From Octopus vulgaris (Eukaryota): 64,000 bases of DNA. Shown piece by piece: positions 1 to 12,191 of this stretch. The stretch is from positions 11,780,001-11,844,000 of the forward strand of contig CATOCA020000001.1 in the NCBI GenBank assembly GCA_951406725.2, given 5' to 3'. Both the position numbers and the translations under genes were made by a program. The notes beneath the pieces were generated by a model that was not told where the DNA came from, searched no databases, and saw only the letters and a program-made list of their open reading frames with translations. Numbering within the stretch: the stretch's first letter is position 1; each line of letters opens with the position of its first letter.

Positions 1-511
1 TTCCGCAATTCTGTAACAGTTCTTTTCACATATCAAAACATAAATAAACATACCGTTACGAGCTACTACAATAGCCAGTGCCCTCGTACCGTAGTCCCTC
101 TCTCTTAGCTCCTTAATCCTATCTGTCTGTCTTCCTCTACGCTGTCATGGCCTCTCGCTGTAATCCTATCTGCCTGTCTTCCTCTTTCACATTCACTGTC
201 ATTCTCTCGTTTGTCATCCCTCAGATTGTCTGTCTGTCTTTCTCAACTGACCGCCTTCGTATCATCGCCACATTCTTGGCTGACCGTCCGTATCGCTCCC
301 GTCTCTGGCCAGAACTGCCGGAGACTCACAGCTCCTGCTTTTTTATAGGGTACCTCCTCGAACTTTCCTTGACCGGAACAAGGCCAAAGGTCTCCTCAAA
401 ACTCATCAATCCTTCCAGAATCTGACGGAACAAAGGATTTACTCGCCTGCTTGACGCCAGCTCACAAAAAGTAGGTCGTAGCACTCAGTTTCCGAACTGA
501 CCTCCATAACA
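1..511 (+). mobile_element. Partial LTR-like element; inverted copy of 7507-8030
   Basis: Reverse complement of 7507-8030 apart from a ~13-bp deletion and a few substitutions; ends ...CCTCCATAACA at 511. Confidence 0.6.
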
Positions 512-642
512 CTATGTATGTATGTATATATGTATGTATATATGTATGTATATAAGTATGTATGTATATATATATGTATGTATATATGTATATATATGTG
601 TGTATATATATATGTATATGTACATATATATATGTATATATG

Positions 643-695
<53 letters not shown>

Positions 696-746
696 GTGTG
701 TATGTATATATATGTGTATATATATATATGTATATATATATATGTG

Positions 747-788
<42 letters not shown>

Positions 789-795
789 CAAAATG

Positions 796-1367
796 TAGAG
801 GACTGACCACTAAAAGTGGACAGCCTATATGCTAAACATAGACGTCAAATCGCCATTTACCACGAAGAATGTGTTCTCAAGAAAAATCTCAGCAAAAAGC
901 CAATGTGTAAAAATAAGCAAAGACACATGAAAATATACGAAATAAAAAACGATTACCTATGTCCCAACTGGTTTCACTTGTTAATATGTACGTATTTCGA
1001 ATATTTTCATGTATCTTTGCTTATTTTTACACTTTGGCTTTTTGCTGAGATTTTTCTTGAGAACACGTTCTTCGTGGTAAATGGCGATTCGACCTCTATG
1101 TTTAGTATATAGGCTGTCCACTTTTAGTGGTCAATCCTCTAAATTTTGTATGTAAAAATACTTTTAATCTTCGGATTTTTTTAAAATACGCTAAGCCAAT
1201 GGTTTTAATTGATTAATATCAATTTCTACCCTTAGTTAACTTTCCCTCTCATTCTCAACATCGAATCTCCTCATTCTACATCGAGTGAAAAACGGGATGG
1301 ACGCTTCGATTTTGTTTTGGTGCCTCGCTCTGTTGTACACGACTATGAGGATTTGCATCCCCAACGT
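796..1367. repeat. Left arm of inverted repeat (partner 5249-5820); contains its own ~150-bp-arm hairpin (796-943 / 993-1141)
   Basis: Direct reverse-complement match read from the sequence. Confidence 0.9.
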
Positions 1368-1636
1368 TTGCGGTATCGGTTAAGGTAGCAGGTTCTTAGC
1401 GAAGCTGTATATGAGTATTTAAGTAGACAAATGAATTATCTTATTACGGATAATTCGAAAGATAACCGATACCTGGGTAGCAAACTCACAACAGAAAAAG
1501 CACGGTTGAAATTACGACCATAGGGCATAAACTCCGTGCGTTCGAGATTAACGCGTCCCTTAAGGACATACCTAAACCACCAAAGGAAACTTTCCTTAAG
1601 GAAATTGTCTGCAAAACAAATGCATTCATCAACCGA

Positions 1637-4170
1637 ATGAGATGGCTCGCTTTCTTCCATGATAACGAGGATTTAAAACAGAACGGGACCGTAACATCAT
1701 CCGAATATAAGAAGCTCTTCAAGTCGAGGGAGACACCCCCACCTAATCCCAGACTGAAGAAATTTGAGGACGACTTATGGGACATTGTAAGGAGCATTAA
1801 ATTCCGGAAGTCGCCCCTTAGGAATGAACACCTTAGATACCTCAGGAAAATCACTAAGGATATTAACAGCTCAGACGGAAGCCTGGTCCAATCTGATAAA
1901 ACAAGGAATACTTACAAGCTACCTATAAACCAGTATTTAGAACTACTCAAGAAAGAAATCCAGGAGAATTACAGAACTACAAATAAGAATACACTTAGAA
2001 GAGTCAATTTGGAGATTAAGGAAATTATGGTAAATTATGGGCTTCAAATGAAAACACAACCGCTGAACCCAAGGCAACCTAGATTCATCGTTAAGGACCA
2101 CAAACCAAATTTTCACACCAATCCAGCATTAAGGCTCATATGCCCTTCTAGTTCCGACATCGGTTCCATCAGTAAGTACATTTTAGACAAATACATACCT
2201 AGATTAATTAATAAGCTTAAGCTTAACCTTTGGCGAGCTCCTCGCAAGTCGTAAATTGGTTTTCTTCCATTTCTAATAAAAACAGAACTAAGTTCATTCA
2301 GTTCGATATTGCTAATTTCTATCCCTCGATAAACCCTAGTGTACTCAATAAGGCCCTATGGCATGCGCATAATAAGGCAGGCCTCACAAGGGAGGAAATT
2401 AATATAATTCTAGTGGCTAGAAAATCCTTTATACAGTTTGAAGATAAGTTATGGGTCCGTAAGGATACTCCCAACGAGTTTGATGTGCCAATGGGAAGCT
2501 CAGATAGCGCCCAGATAGCCGATTTGGTCGGAATCTATATTGTCTATGAATTATCCGACCAATTCCCGGACATCTGCGGCGGTCTATATCGTGACGATTG
2601 TCTGTTTTACCTACAGAATGCCCTGAACAGAATGATACAGAAAACTAAAAATAGATTAGCTAGGTTCTTTAGTAGGATGGGCATGAACATAGTTTTCGAC
2701 AACGAACTAACTAAGGCCAATTTCTTAGATGTTACACTAAATCTGCATAGCAATTCTTACTGCCCCTACCATAAACCTTCCACAAACCTAAAATATGTCA
2801 GTGTTTTCTCTAACCACGCAAAAACTATCACAGATAATTTAGTTAAAAATATTTCTTTAAGATTATCAAATTTATCTGTCAACGTCGACATTTTTAAGCA
2901 TAAAGCGGAATTCTATAATGCCGCCCTGTCAAAAGCCGGTTATAGGGAAAAGGTAGCATATATAGACCCGGCCCTTCCGAAACCAGTATTTTCTCATCAG
3001 GATAAGTCAACTTACAATAATATAAATAATATAAGTAGTGATGGTAGTTCTAGAAATGTCGACGCAAATATAGCTAACATAAATAAGTTGCGATCCAAGG
3101 GAGACCATCGTAGGCCAAAACCCATTCTTCAACACAGAGATGCTCCCCTTAATGTAAGAGTTAACACTCCGAGCCAGTACAAGAACAGAAAAAACTATAT
3201 CTGGTTTGTGATTCCCTTTGGAAAGCAAATGGATCTAACCTCCCTTTACAGTTTCGCCAAGCCATTGCCAGGAACTTTCCCAGAAATTCGAGATATTACT
3301 CCACTATAAATTCGCACAAAGTAAGGATTGCTTTCTCAAATACTAAAAAATCTCTCACAGATAATTGCCTCCCATAACAATAAGCTGCTAAATAAGGTCT
3401 CGTCACCCATGAGCAGAGACACCGTCCTGTCAAATTCCAATATAACATATAGTAATAATAATAATAATAGAAATAGCACAGATATTAGCAGCCTTCATAC
3501 CAGCATTGGCGTTAGTAATAGTAATAAGGATAAGAGCACTGGCCTGGCCATTAACGGAGGGGGTCTCAACAATAATAGTAGCAGCGCTTTTAACAACAGT
3601 AGTTTTACGGACAATAACAATCACAGCATTCCCAGAAACAGTGAATGTGCAGGTGATATTGCCTTAAATAATAATGAAAATAGGTTGAATAGTATCGAGT
3701 CCAGCAGTAATTTTCACAACCATCATAGAAATAAGAACGCTGTATTAGTATCGGAAACTAATCCCAATAGATTAAAGTTCCTATCAAATAACTCCAAAAT
3801 TAGAAACACCACTTACCAGTGCAAAATTTCTGCTGGATCCGATGTCTACCTCTATATTGGCGCAACCTCCTCTAAATTAGCCACAAGGATATCAAATAAC
3901 TTTTCCACGTTCCGTGATAAGAGTAAACAGCACGCCACGGAGCTAAGCAAATTAGTCTGGCGTTTGAAGAACGCAAATTCAACTTTTAAGCTGGAATGGT
4001 CAATATTATCGGTGTCCTTACCGTTTGATAAGGGCAGAAATATCTGTGCCCTCTGTAATTCCGAACTCTTTCATATTCTGTTTGCCCGAGGCCAAGTAAT
4101 AAACTCGATTGTCGAGAGATCTTTCAGATGCCTTCACTGGAAAAAGCATACCTTTCACTCATACCAATGA
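1637..4170 (+). pseudogene. PLE reverse transcriptase + GIY-YIG endonuclease, split over three frames (1637-2254, 2230-3309, 3328-4170); coding similarity extends upstream to ~1500
   Basis: ORF track motifs; frameshifts near 2235 and 3230-3330. Confidence 0.85.
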
Positions 4171-4430
4171 AGTCCAATATAGATAACCCCTGGACTTCCT
4201 ACAAAATTAATTTGTGATATCTCATCCCTTTAGTTTATAAGACTTTCTCATAATTGCTAAGAACTACTACCAATTCCAGCAGTAACCTTGTCTCTTGTCA
4301 TTGCTATTGTGGGCTCTTTCTACCCTTTCCCTCTTAAGTTGACACATTCGAAGACACAGACACAGTCTTTTCACCTCCTGACCGTTAATTCTTTCTCTCT
4401 GCCTTCTACACACACATTCACGCATTCACA

Positions 4431-4487
<57 letters not shown>

Positions 4488-4772
4488 TAAGGCAATTTTA
4501 CACACTCATACATACGAGCACTCTTTCATAAAATAAATCAAATATAAACACCAGTCATACAGAATACATTCCCTCACTTTAATTTTCCTTTACCTTCCTT
4601 CTCCAACCTTGATTGAACCCTTGAAATATTTTAACTGACATTTTCTCCTACTCTCAACCAATCTGGCGTCACCCCCTATAAATAGACACTATTTATCATT
4701 ATCTCTATGGGCTCCTCGTGAGCAGTCGTCGAGAAACTTGTTGTGCATTTTGTTGGAGAATTAAGTTCCTGG

Positions 4773-4850
4773 ATTTTCCTGAAGAGAAAGCTGCATAATG
4801 GACTCCTTATTCATTCGGATTTTGCAGACTTCGAAACATATGTCGAAAAT
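4773..4850 (+). ncRNA. Type I hammerhead ribozyme in PLE 3' region
   Basis: ATTTTC-CTGAAGA-GAAAGCTGCA..TGCAGACTTC-GAAA-CATATG-TC-GAAAAT: stem I, intact core, palindromic stem III, GUC site. Confidence 0.8.
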
Positions 4851-5105
4851 AAAATAAAGGAACTTTGTTAAATCTTCGTTCAGCTCCATTCTTTCCTATA
4901 CTTAATATATTAAATTAAACTTCAAATTTCCGCACTAAGGCACGGAGTTTATGCCCTATGGTCGTAACTTCAACCGTGCTTTTTCTGTTGAGAGTTTGCT
5001 ACCCAGGTATCGGTTATCTTTCGAATTATCCGTAATAAGATAATTCATTTGTCTACATATATATATATATATTTATCAAAATAAAAATATGATGCAAAGG
5101 ATTTA

Positions 5106-5193
5106 GCGGTACATATATTTCTGGCTTTTATTAGACGGTTTATATCAATGCATATTTGATGTAATTTGTATGTCAATAGCCTTCTTCAGCCGC
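5106..5193 (-). ncRNA. Hammerhead ribozyme motif
   Basis: Minus strand GCGG-CTGAAGA-AGGCT...AGCCA-GAAA-TATATG-TA-CCGC. Confidence 0.65.
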
Positions 5194-5248
5194 GTACAAT
5201 TACTACTCCAAGGACATGTATTACATTAGTTTGGGAAAAAGACGAATT

Positions 5249-5820
5249 ACGTTGGGGATGCAAATCCTCATAGTCGTGTACAACAGAGCGAGGCACCAAA
5301 ACAAAATCGAAGCGTCCATCCCGTTTTTCACTCGATGTAGAATGAGGAGATTCGATGTTGAGAATGAGAGGGAAAGTTAACTAAGGGTAGAAATTGATAT
5401 TAATCAATTAAAACCATTGGCTTAGCGTATTTTAAAAAAATCCGAAGATTAAAAAGTATTTTTACATACAAAATTTAGAGGATTGATCACTAAAAGTTGA
5501 CAGCCTATATACTAAACATAGAGGTCAAATCGCCATTTACCACGAAGAACGTGTTTCAAGAAAAATCTCAGCAAAAAGCCAAAGTGTAAAAATAAGCAAA
5601 GATACATGAAAATATTCGAAATACGTACATATTAACAAGTGAAACCAGTTGGGACATAGGTAATCGTTTTTTATTTCGTATATTTTCATGTGTCTTTGCT
5701 TATTTTTACACATTGGCTTTTTGCTGAGATTTTTCTTGAGAATACATTCTTCGTGGTAAATGGCGATTTGACGTCTATGTTTAGCATATAGGCTGTCCAC
5801 TTTTAGTGGTCAGTCCTCTA
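5249..5820. repeat. Right arm of inverted repeat (partner 796-1367)
   Basis: Reverse-complement match. Confidence 0.9.
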
Positions 5821-5869
5821 TACACATATATATATACACATATATATACATACACATATATATACACAC

Positions 5870-5953
<84 letters not shown>

Positions 5954-5962
5954 CAGAAGGGA

Positions 5963-6076
5963 ATGCTTACAGCACCTAGGGTTCCCAAGCGGTCACCCAT
6001 CTAAGTACTAACTGGGCTCGATGTTGCTTAACTTCGGTGATCGGACGAGAACCGGTGCTTTCAACGTGATATGGGC

Positions 6077-6079
<3 letters not shown>
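5963..6079 (-). rRNA. 5S rRNA orphan copy, probably a pseudogene
   Basis: Minus strand TACGCCCATATCACGTTGAAAGCACCGGTTCTCGTCCGATCACCGAAGTTAAGC...AGTACTTAGATGGGTGACCGCTTGGGAA...GGTGCTGTAAGCAT matches metazoan 5S; first bases missing, no T4 terminator, embedded in (TA)n. Confidence 0.9.
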
Positions 6080-6129
<50 letters not shown>

Positions 6130-6133
6130 TATA

Positions 6134-7403
6134 CGAGGGGCGTTCAATAAGTAATGCCCCTGACCCACTTCCCATAGCAGTAGAGCAACGAAACTTGGCA
6201 CAGTTATTAGTCTTTTTCTACATAGGAACCATCCAGAGTTACGCATTTCTGCCATCGTTTGATGCGGCTCTGGAGACCGTTTTTGTAGAAGAACCCACCT
6301 TGGTCCTCCAAACTCAACGTGACTTCAGAAATCAAGGCTGCATCATATGGGAAACGCTTTCCTTTCAAAAACAACTTCATGATTGGGAAGAGGTGAAAAT
6401 CAGAGGGTGCAAGGTCAGGAAAGTAGGGGGGGATGGGGAGGAATCCATAGCCATACGCCTGTGCTTCTGATCTGGCGACAAGCGAGTTGTGGACCGGAGC
6501 GTTGTCCTGCAGGAGGAGGATGCCTTTGCTGATCTTGCCCCGCCTCTTGATTTTGATAACTTCTCTTAATTTCATCAAAAGTGAAGCATAATAGGCTCCT
6601 GCAATTGTGGTACCCTTTGCCAGGAAATCTGTCATCACTACTCCGTCCCGGTCCCAGAAGACTGTGAGCATGACCTTGCCAGCGGAGGGCTGCACCCTTG
6701 CCTGCTTTGGAGGGGGTGAGTCACGGTGCTTCCACTGCATTGACTGGGCTTTGGTCTCTGGATCATCGTGATGGACCCAGGCTTCATCCTGTGTAATCAG
6801 TCTTTTGAAAAATTTTGACTCATCTTCTTGGCATCTCCAAATTCACCCTCGAGCACTCGACGCGTTCTTGCTTCTGGAAAGGCGTGAGCAACCTGGGCAT
6901 CCATCTGGCAGACACCTTCTGCATATGCAAATGGTCATGAATGATAGTTTCCACAGACCCGGTACTAATCTTGACCTCATGGGCTATTTGGCGAATAATT
7001 ATGCGTCGATCTTCCAAAATGGCAGCCACAACTTGACGGACAGATGCCTCATCAATGGCAGAAGGGGCGACCAGATCTAGGAGCTGTTTCCACAGAGTTC
7101 CGACCATGTTTGAATTCACGATGCCAGCATTTTACAAGGTCATATGATGGGGCATCATCACCATCAGTTACTTTCATTTCATCAAAAGTCTCCCGTGGTG
7201 TGCGTCCTTTCAAATACAAAAACCGGATCACTGCTCGACACTCAACAGGCTCCATTTCACACTTGACTCGGTTCAAACACCTGTAAATCAGAAACCACAA
7301 TTAATTCAGAGCTGTAATTTGCCACTTACTCTATAGAGATATTGATCAGCTAGATCAAACAACTGCAAGTGAGTCAGAGGCATTACTTATTGAACGTCCC
7401 TCG
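6134..7403 (-). mobile_element. Mariner transposon, full length, frameshifted transposase
   Basis: TIRs CGAGGGGCGTTCAATAAGTAATGCCC / GGGCATTACTTATTGAACGTCCCTCG with TA flanks; motifs WMPRLL, QDNAPVH, YFPDLAPSDFHLF. Confidence 0.95.
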
Positions 7404-7506
7404 TACATATATATATACACACATATATATATACATATATACATACATACATACATATATATATACATACATACTTATATACATACATATATACATACAT
7501 ACATAG

Positions 7507-8516
7507 TGTTATGGAGGTCAGTTCGGAAACTGAGTGCTACGACCTACTTTTTGTGAGCTGGCGTCAAGTAGGCGAGTAAATCCTTTGTTCCGTCAGATTC
7601 TGGAAGGATTGATGAGTTTTGAGGAGACCTTTGGCCTTGTTCCGGTCAAGGAAAGTTCGAGGAGGTACCCTATAAAAAAGCAGGAGCTGTGAGTCTGTGG
7701 GACAGTCGGCCGGCAGTTCTGGCCAGAGACGGAAGCGATACGGACGGTCAGCCAAGAAGGTGGCAATGATACGAAGGCGGTCAGTTGAGAAAGACAGACA
7801 GACAATCTGAGGGATGACAAACGAGAGAATGACAGTGAATGTGAAAGAGGAAGACAGGCAGATAGGATTACAGCGAGAGGCCATGACAGCGTAGAGGAAG
7901 ACAGACAGATAGGATTAAGGAGCTAAGAGAGAGGGACTACGGTACGAGGGCACTGGCTATTGTAGTAGCTCGTAACGGTATGTTTATTTATGTTTTGATA
8001 TGTGAAAAGAACTGTTACAGAATTGCGGAAAGCAAAGAAAGAACTGTAAAGACATTGTGAAAAGAGTTGTTGAAAAGAAAGAAAGAAGGAGAAAGACTCT
8101 AATGTATTGAACTGTATCGTTAATGTGAACATTATTTGTTTTAATTGAACTGAACCGATTTGTCTCTGAACTGTTATTGTACCTGCATGCTTTGATTTGT
8201 TGTTTCCTTGTTTTCTTGCACGTATTTTCTTTGATGTATTTGATGTAATAATTGTTATTAACTATTGTTGCTAAACGTAGGCCAAATTGCCTTCTGCCGT
8301 GTCTCTGTGTCTCTTCCCGCTGTCGTTGTTTGTTGTTGTTCTCTCCGGTCGCCGGTTGCCGAGTTCGCTGCCGCCTTCCCCCCCACCGAATTCGCTCTCT
8401 CTCTCTGTGTCCGTGGCGAATTCACCGTTCGATCGAGCCAGTCGATCGTCGTCGCTCGACTTGGTAGGGTCCCGGGTTTTCCGAAGAGTTTGAGCGACGG
8501 CAGGTGGTTCGTAACA
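7507..8516 (-). mobile_element. Solo-LTR-like element, ~1.0 kb
   Basis: Termini TGTTA...TAACA (TG...CA with short inverted repeat); non-coding; flanked by microsatellites; no clear TSD. Confidence 0.5.
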
Positions 8517-8595
<79 letters not shown>

Positions 8596-9843
8596 GAAGT
8601 GACTAATGTTGCTAGCAAGCAGCAGCAACATTGCTAGAAATAAGAGTCAGAATGACTTTTACCATCTTATTGTTTAAACCAATGAACCAATATTCACGAA
8701 GCTTTCCGTTCATGTTACGCTAACATTCAGTTAAGTGATAAGTTAATTGGATTCCTATAAAATTCTATAACGTGCAACCCAGGGGCATTGGAACAAATAA
8801 AATTATAAAATGATAAAGTTGCAAAACGTATTAATTTTACAGAAAGAGAGTATCAAAGAGAGGGAGATTTCTATCAGTGAAGGCGAGAACATCAGCAAGA
8901 ATGGAATTTTAATGTTAATATAGCTGTCATATACGCGCGACGCTGCATACATATTTTTGTAAATACATTGATACAACACACACATATACAGAGAAGGGTG
9001 TATTTTATGAATACGTAGCTTTCATGAGAGACAGAGTGGGTGGCTTTTGTGAAGTTTATGGGCAAAGAAACACTCACACATAGACACACGCATACATATG
9101 AATATATACATACATGGTACATGCATATGTCTATTATACATTTTAAACTCGTGATTCCCTGTGTGTACGTATTTAAACGTGTGTGTGTGTGTGTAACACT
9201 TCCTATAACTGTCTGTCTCTCTAATTTTGTAGGGACATCCCTGTTACTGTCACATATTTTGGGAGTCTACAACTAGGTTAATATTTCCAAGTTTAGTAAC
9301 TTGAAATAACTTTGTTATTTATTTGTTGCAGAAAAGTTGCAGGAAAAGGTTACTGAGGTTTAAAGTTTAACAAATATTACCTAATCATAAAACAGGATTT
9401 AGAAGCTGGCATTTTCGGCATGATAGCTGACTATCACGAAATGAAAGCAAAATCATAAGTTGGAGGAATATGTATTAAACCAACGAAAGCAAAGCATTAC
9501 GTGTGCCAAAGTTGTAAGAACTTATAAGTTATTAAATAATTTCTAAAGGCAAAAAATATCCTCATTGATGATTCTTGGCGAAAAATTGCACAAATCTGTC
9601 CTGATTAAGAGGCCTATTTATCAGGGAAGGCAAGATCTGACACAGAATAAATTTAAAAAATCATATAAGAAATAATATTTTAAGCTAGGACTTTATTTAT
9701 TGATCTGTCTAATTGCTAATACTTACATTTACTTACATACTTACACACACACACATATGTATATATCTACGATCTCTTGAGCACCACCAGCAAAAATATT
9801 TTTTTCCTCTGTCTTCCCTTCTCGGGATCTTTCCTTCTCCTTT

Positions 9844-9878
9844 GTTTCCGACGAAGAGCTCCGCTCGAAACGTTAAAC
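9844..9878 (+). ncRNA. Degenerate minimal hammerhead motif (PLE remnant)
   Basis: GTTT-CCGACGA-A-GAGC(TCC)GCTC-GAAA-CG-TT-AAAC; core position U4 changed to C. Confidence 0.45.
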
Positions 9879-10024
9879 CCTCCTTCCCTTCTTTCCTGAG
9901 CGTCAAATAATACTTTAATTGTTCCACGTCCTCGCGTTGCTGTGTTTTTTTCTGTGTTTTCTTGTTTGGATTAACTATATATATATATATATATATGTAC
10001 ACATGCATGTATGTATGTATATGT

Positions 10025-10585
10025 ATGTCAGGTCACTTTCGAGTGTTACTGGTAACATGTAACCCAGTACAACCTGTTGCATGGTCAGATCATTGGCGAC
10101 TAAACCGGCAACCCTACCAAGCTTGCTTGGTGAGGAGGGTGTTTATTGGACACCCTGCGGGATGAAAAACATAAACCTGCAAAGGGCGGAGGAACTCTTG
10201 AGAGTCAACGGCCATCCAATAAATGTCTTAAGGCTGTATCATGCGCGGAGACATAGAAATAATCGGACTGAATACCCGATCGCGCTGTTAAACCATTGGG
10301 AGTGAAGGACTCCTAGCCTTTGTTAGGGCATCCTTCTAGGAGAAGGTAACTCAGGTAACTGGGATAACTCCAACACCAACATAAAAACCTGCGGCTCAGT
10401 GGTTACCGATGATGTCGACTTGCTTCTTTTCGGATTATGGCTACTGTTGCTTAGAAAGTGGGATTGATTCAGTGCACAGCCTTTCCTCACTTTAAAAAAT
10501 ATCTTCTTGCACAGGCATTGCACGATAACAACATTGATTAAGCTTCGTGCAATGGCCATACTCGATAACGAGGGGGCAGCCACCA
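10025..10585 (+). repeat. Interspersed repeat, possibly derived from a LINE 5' UTR; second, inverted copy at 51417-51870
   Basis: Near-identical reverse-complement copy 41 kb away; both copies give RAEELLRVNGHPINVLRLYHARRH. Confidence 0.75.
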
Positions 10586-10603
10586 TGTATGTATGTATGA
10601 ATG

Positions 10604-10678
<75 letters not shown>

Positions 10679-10877
10679 ATATATATATATATATATTTGC
10701 ATTTGGATATCGGAACCTAAATCTTTTTCAGTGTGTGTGAGCGCATCCGATCTCAGCGCGCCAAAGTGAAGGCATTTGAAAGATACACAAAAATATAATC
10801 GGTTGGACTCCATGCAGGAGAGACTCCGGTCAAACGTTTTTGCATCTAGTCCTGCAAATTGTATTTCTTTTGACAGA

Positions 10878-10942
10878 CCATGCTGACGAGATTACAGTTT
10901 ATCCTTGCGGATATTAATAATCGAAACTGATTCAGTACATGG
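10878..10942 (+). ncRNA. Type I hammerhead ribozyme
   Basis: CCATG-CTGACGA-GATTA...TAATC-GAAA-CTGATTCAG-TA-CATGG; all three stems and core intact; followed by sequence related to the 796-1141 hairpin arms. Confidence 0.8.
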
Positions 10943-11170
10943 GTAATCATTTTTATTTCGTATATTTTCATTTGTCTTGCTTATTATTAATGCTTTGGTT
11001 TTGTGCTGAGTTTTTATTTGAGAACATATTCTTTGTGGAAAATAGCGATTTGACGTCTATATCTAGCATGTTGACCGGCCACTTTTTGAGTGGTCAGTCC
11101 TTTAAATTTTGTATGTACATATCTATGTAAACACATGCAAACATAAAAAGACACCCATTCGCACACACAG

Positions 11171-11236
<66 letters not shown>

Positions 11237-11825
11237 TTGTGAGTGCGCGCGCGCGTATGTGTGTGTTTGAAATTAAATTCGAGCAAACACCGAAATTTTA
11301 CTCAATAACCCAGAGAAACAACCAATGTTTTGTTTAGAGTATGCTTTAATGAATTAGATTAATTTATTCAATTAATAAAAATACAAGAGGAAACGAAATT
11401 ATGTTAATATAATAATATGTAAGAGACATATTTGGATGACGAGATCATCTTTTCCGTGAAGATGACCCGGTGTGGAAGTTACGTAATAAACGGTGAGTCA
11501 GGTCATACAGAGATCAATCAGACGGACGATGTCATGCCAGGAATGTGATCGACAGAGATGTTCTGCTGTGAATATTTTTTAATTCGTTAGAATTAGAAGT
11601 TAGCTGAAAATAAGAAGGAAATAAAAAAATATATAAGTAAAAATAAAAATGTGACACTATACAATAACGTAACAAGCAAACGACATTCTAATGGAGTACC
11701 CCACAAAAAGGGGTTTATTATATACTTATAAGGCCATGATAACAAATGCTGACTTTCATGTAGGCCCTTGGGCGGAGGGATTTTTTAGTATGATTCCTTT
11801 TCACGGTAAACAGAGTTTGCAGATC

Positions 11826-11956
11826 CTACGGATGGTAAGTCTGCTCTGCTCTGACACACTCCACTTGGCGTTGTATTGTGCAGTGGTTTCTTTCAACGTC
11901 CATACATGTCTTGCCAAAGTTGTAGTGTAATTCCTTCGTTGCATATTCGGTGAGAA
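11826..11956 (-). CDS. Candidate terminal coding exon of the EMI/EGF gene ([V]LTEYATKELHYNFGKTCMDVERNHCTIQRQVECVRAEQTYHP*)
   Basis: Acceptor TTTTCTTTAG; phase-1 reading open for 43 codons to TAG; unique sequence downstream of the last EGF exon. Confidence 0.35.
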
Positions 11957-12079
11957 CTAAAGAAAACTTTAGTAAATATGCTGAAAACTCGAAACCTCAA
12001 AAATTGATAACATCACCGTCGCCGTCGCCCTGCTCGTCGTCGTTGTTCTCTTTCTTCTCCTCCTCCTTCTCCTCTTCAT

Positions 12080-12121
<42 letters not shown>

Positions 12122-12191
12122 TATTATTATTATAATTATTATAATTATTATAATTATTATTATAATTATTATTATTATTATTATTATTATT

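Larger units (their letters stand above)
1423..5056 (+). mobile_element. Penelope-like retroelement (Naiad-type), frameshifted, with inverted terminal segments 1423-1539 / 4940-5056
   Basis: N-terminal SLKDIP...FINRMRW; RT motifs FDIANFYPSI, MGSSDSAQIADLVG, GLYRDD, FLDVTLNL, PYHKP; C-terminal GIY-YIG (YQC..YIG..T..L..R, TELSK.VW.LK, CALC, CLH); hammerhead in the 3' region. Confidence 0.88.

Noticed and set aside
439-835. Y/I/H/T-rich ORFs here and the poly-I/Y/L/H ORFs throughout
   Set aside because: Translations of (TA)n, (ATT)n and (CAT)n microsatellites
1637-4300. Selenoprotein-type Naiad (UGA recoding)
   Set aside because: ORF breaks are frameshifts, not in-frame UGA at Cys positions; no SECIS recognised
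10025-10120. HDV-like ribozyme at a putative LINE 5' end
   Set aside because: Could not fold a convincing double pseudoknot by eye
11430-11603. Additional exon after the strong acceptor at ~11604 (minus strand)
   Set aside because: No recognisable coding signal; could be a UTR exon but is unsupported
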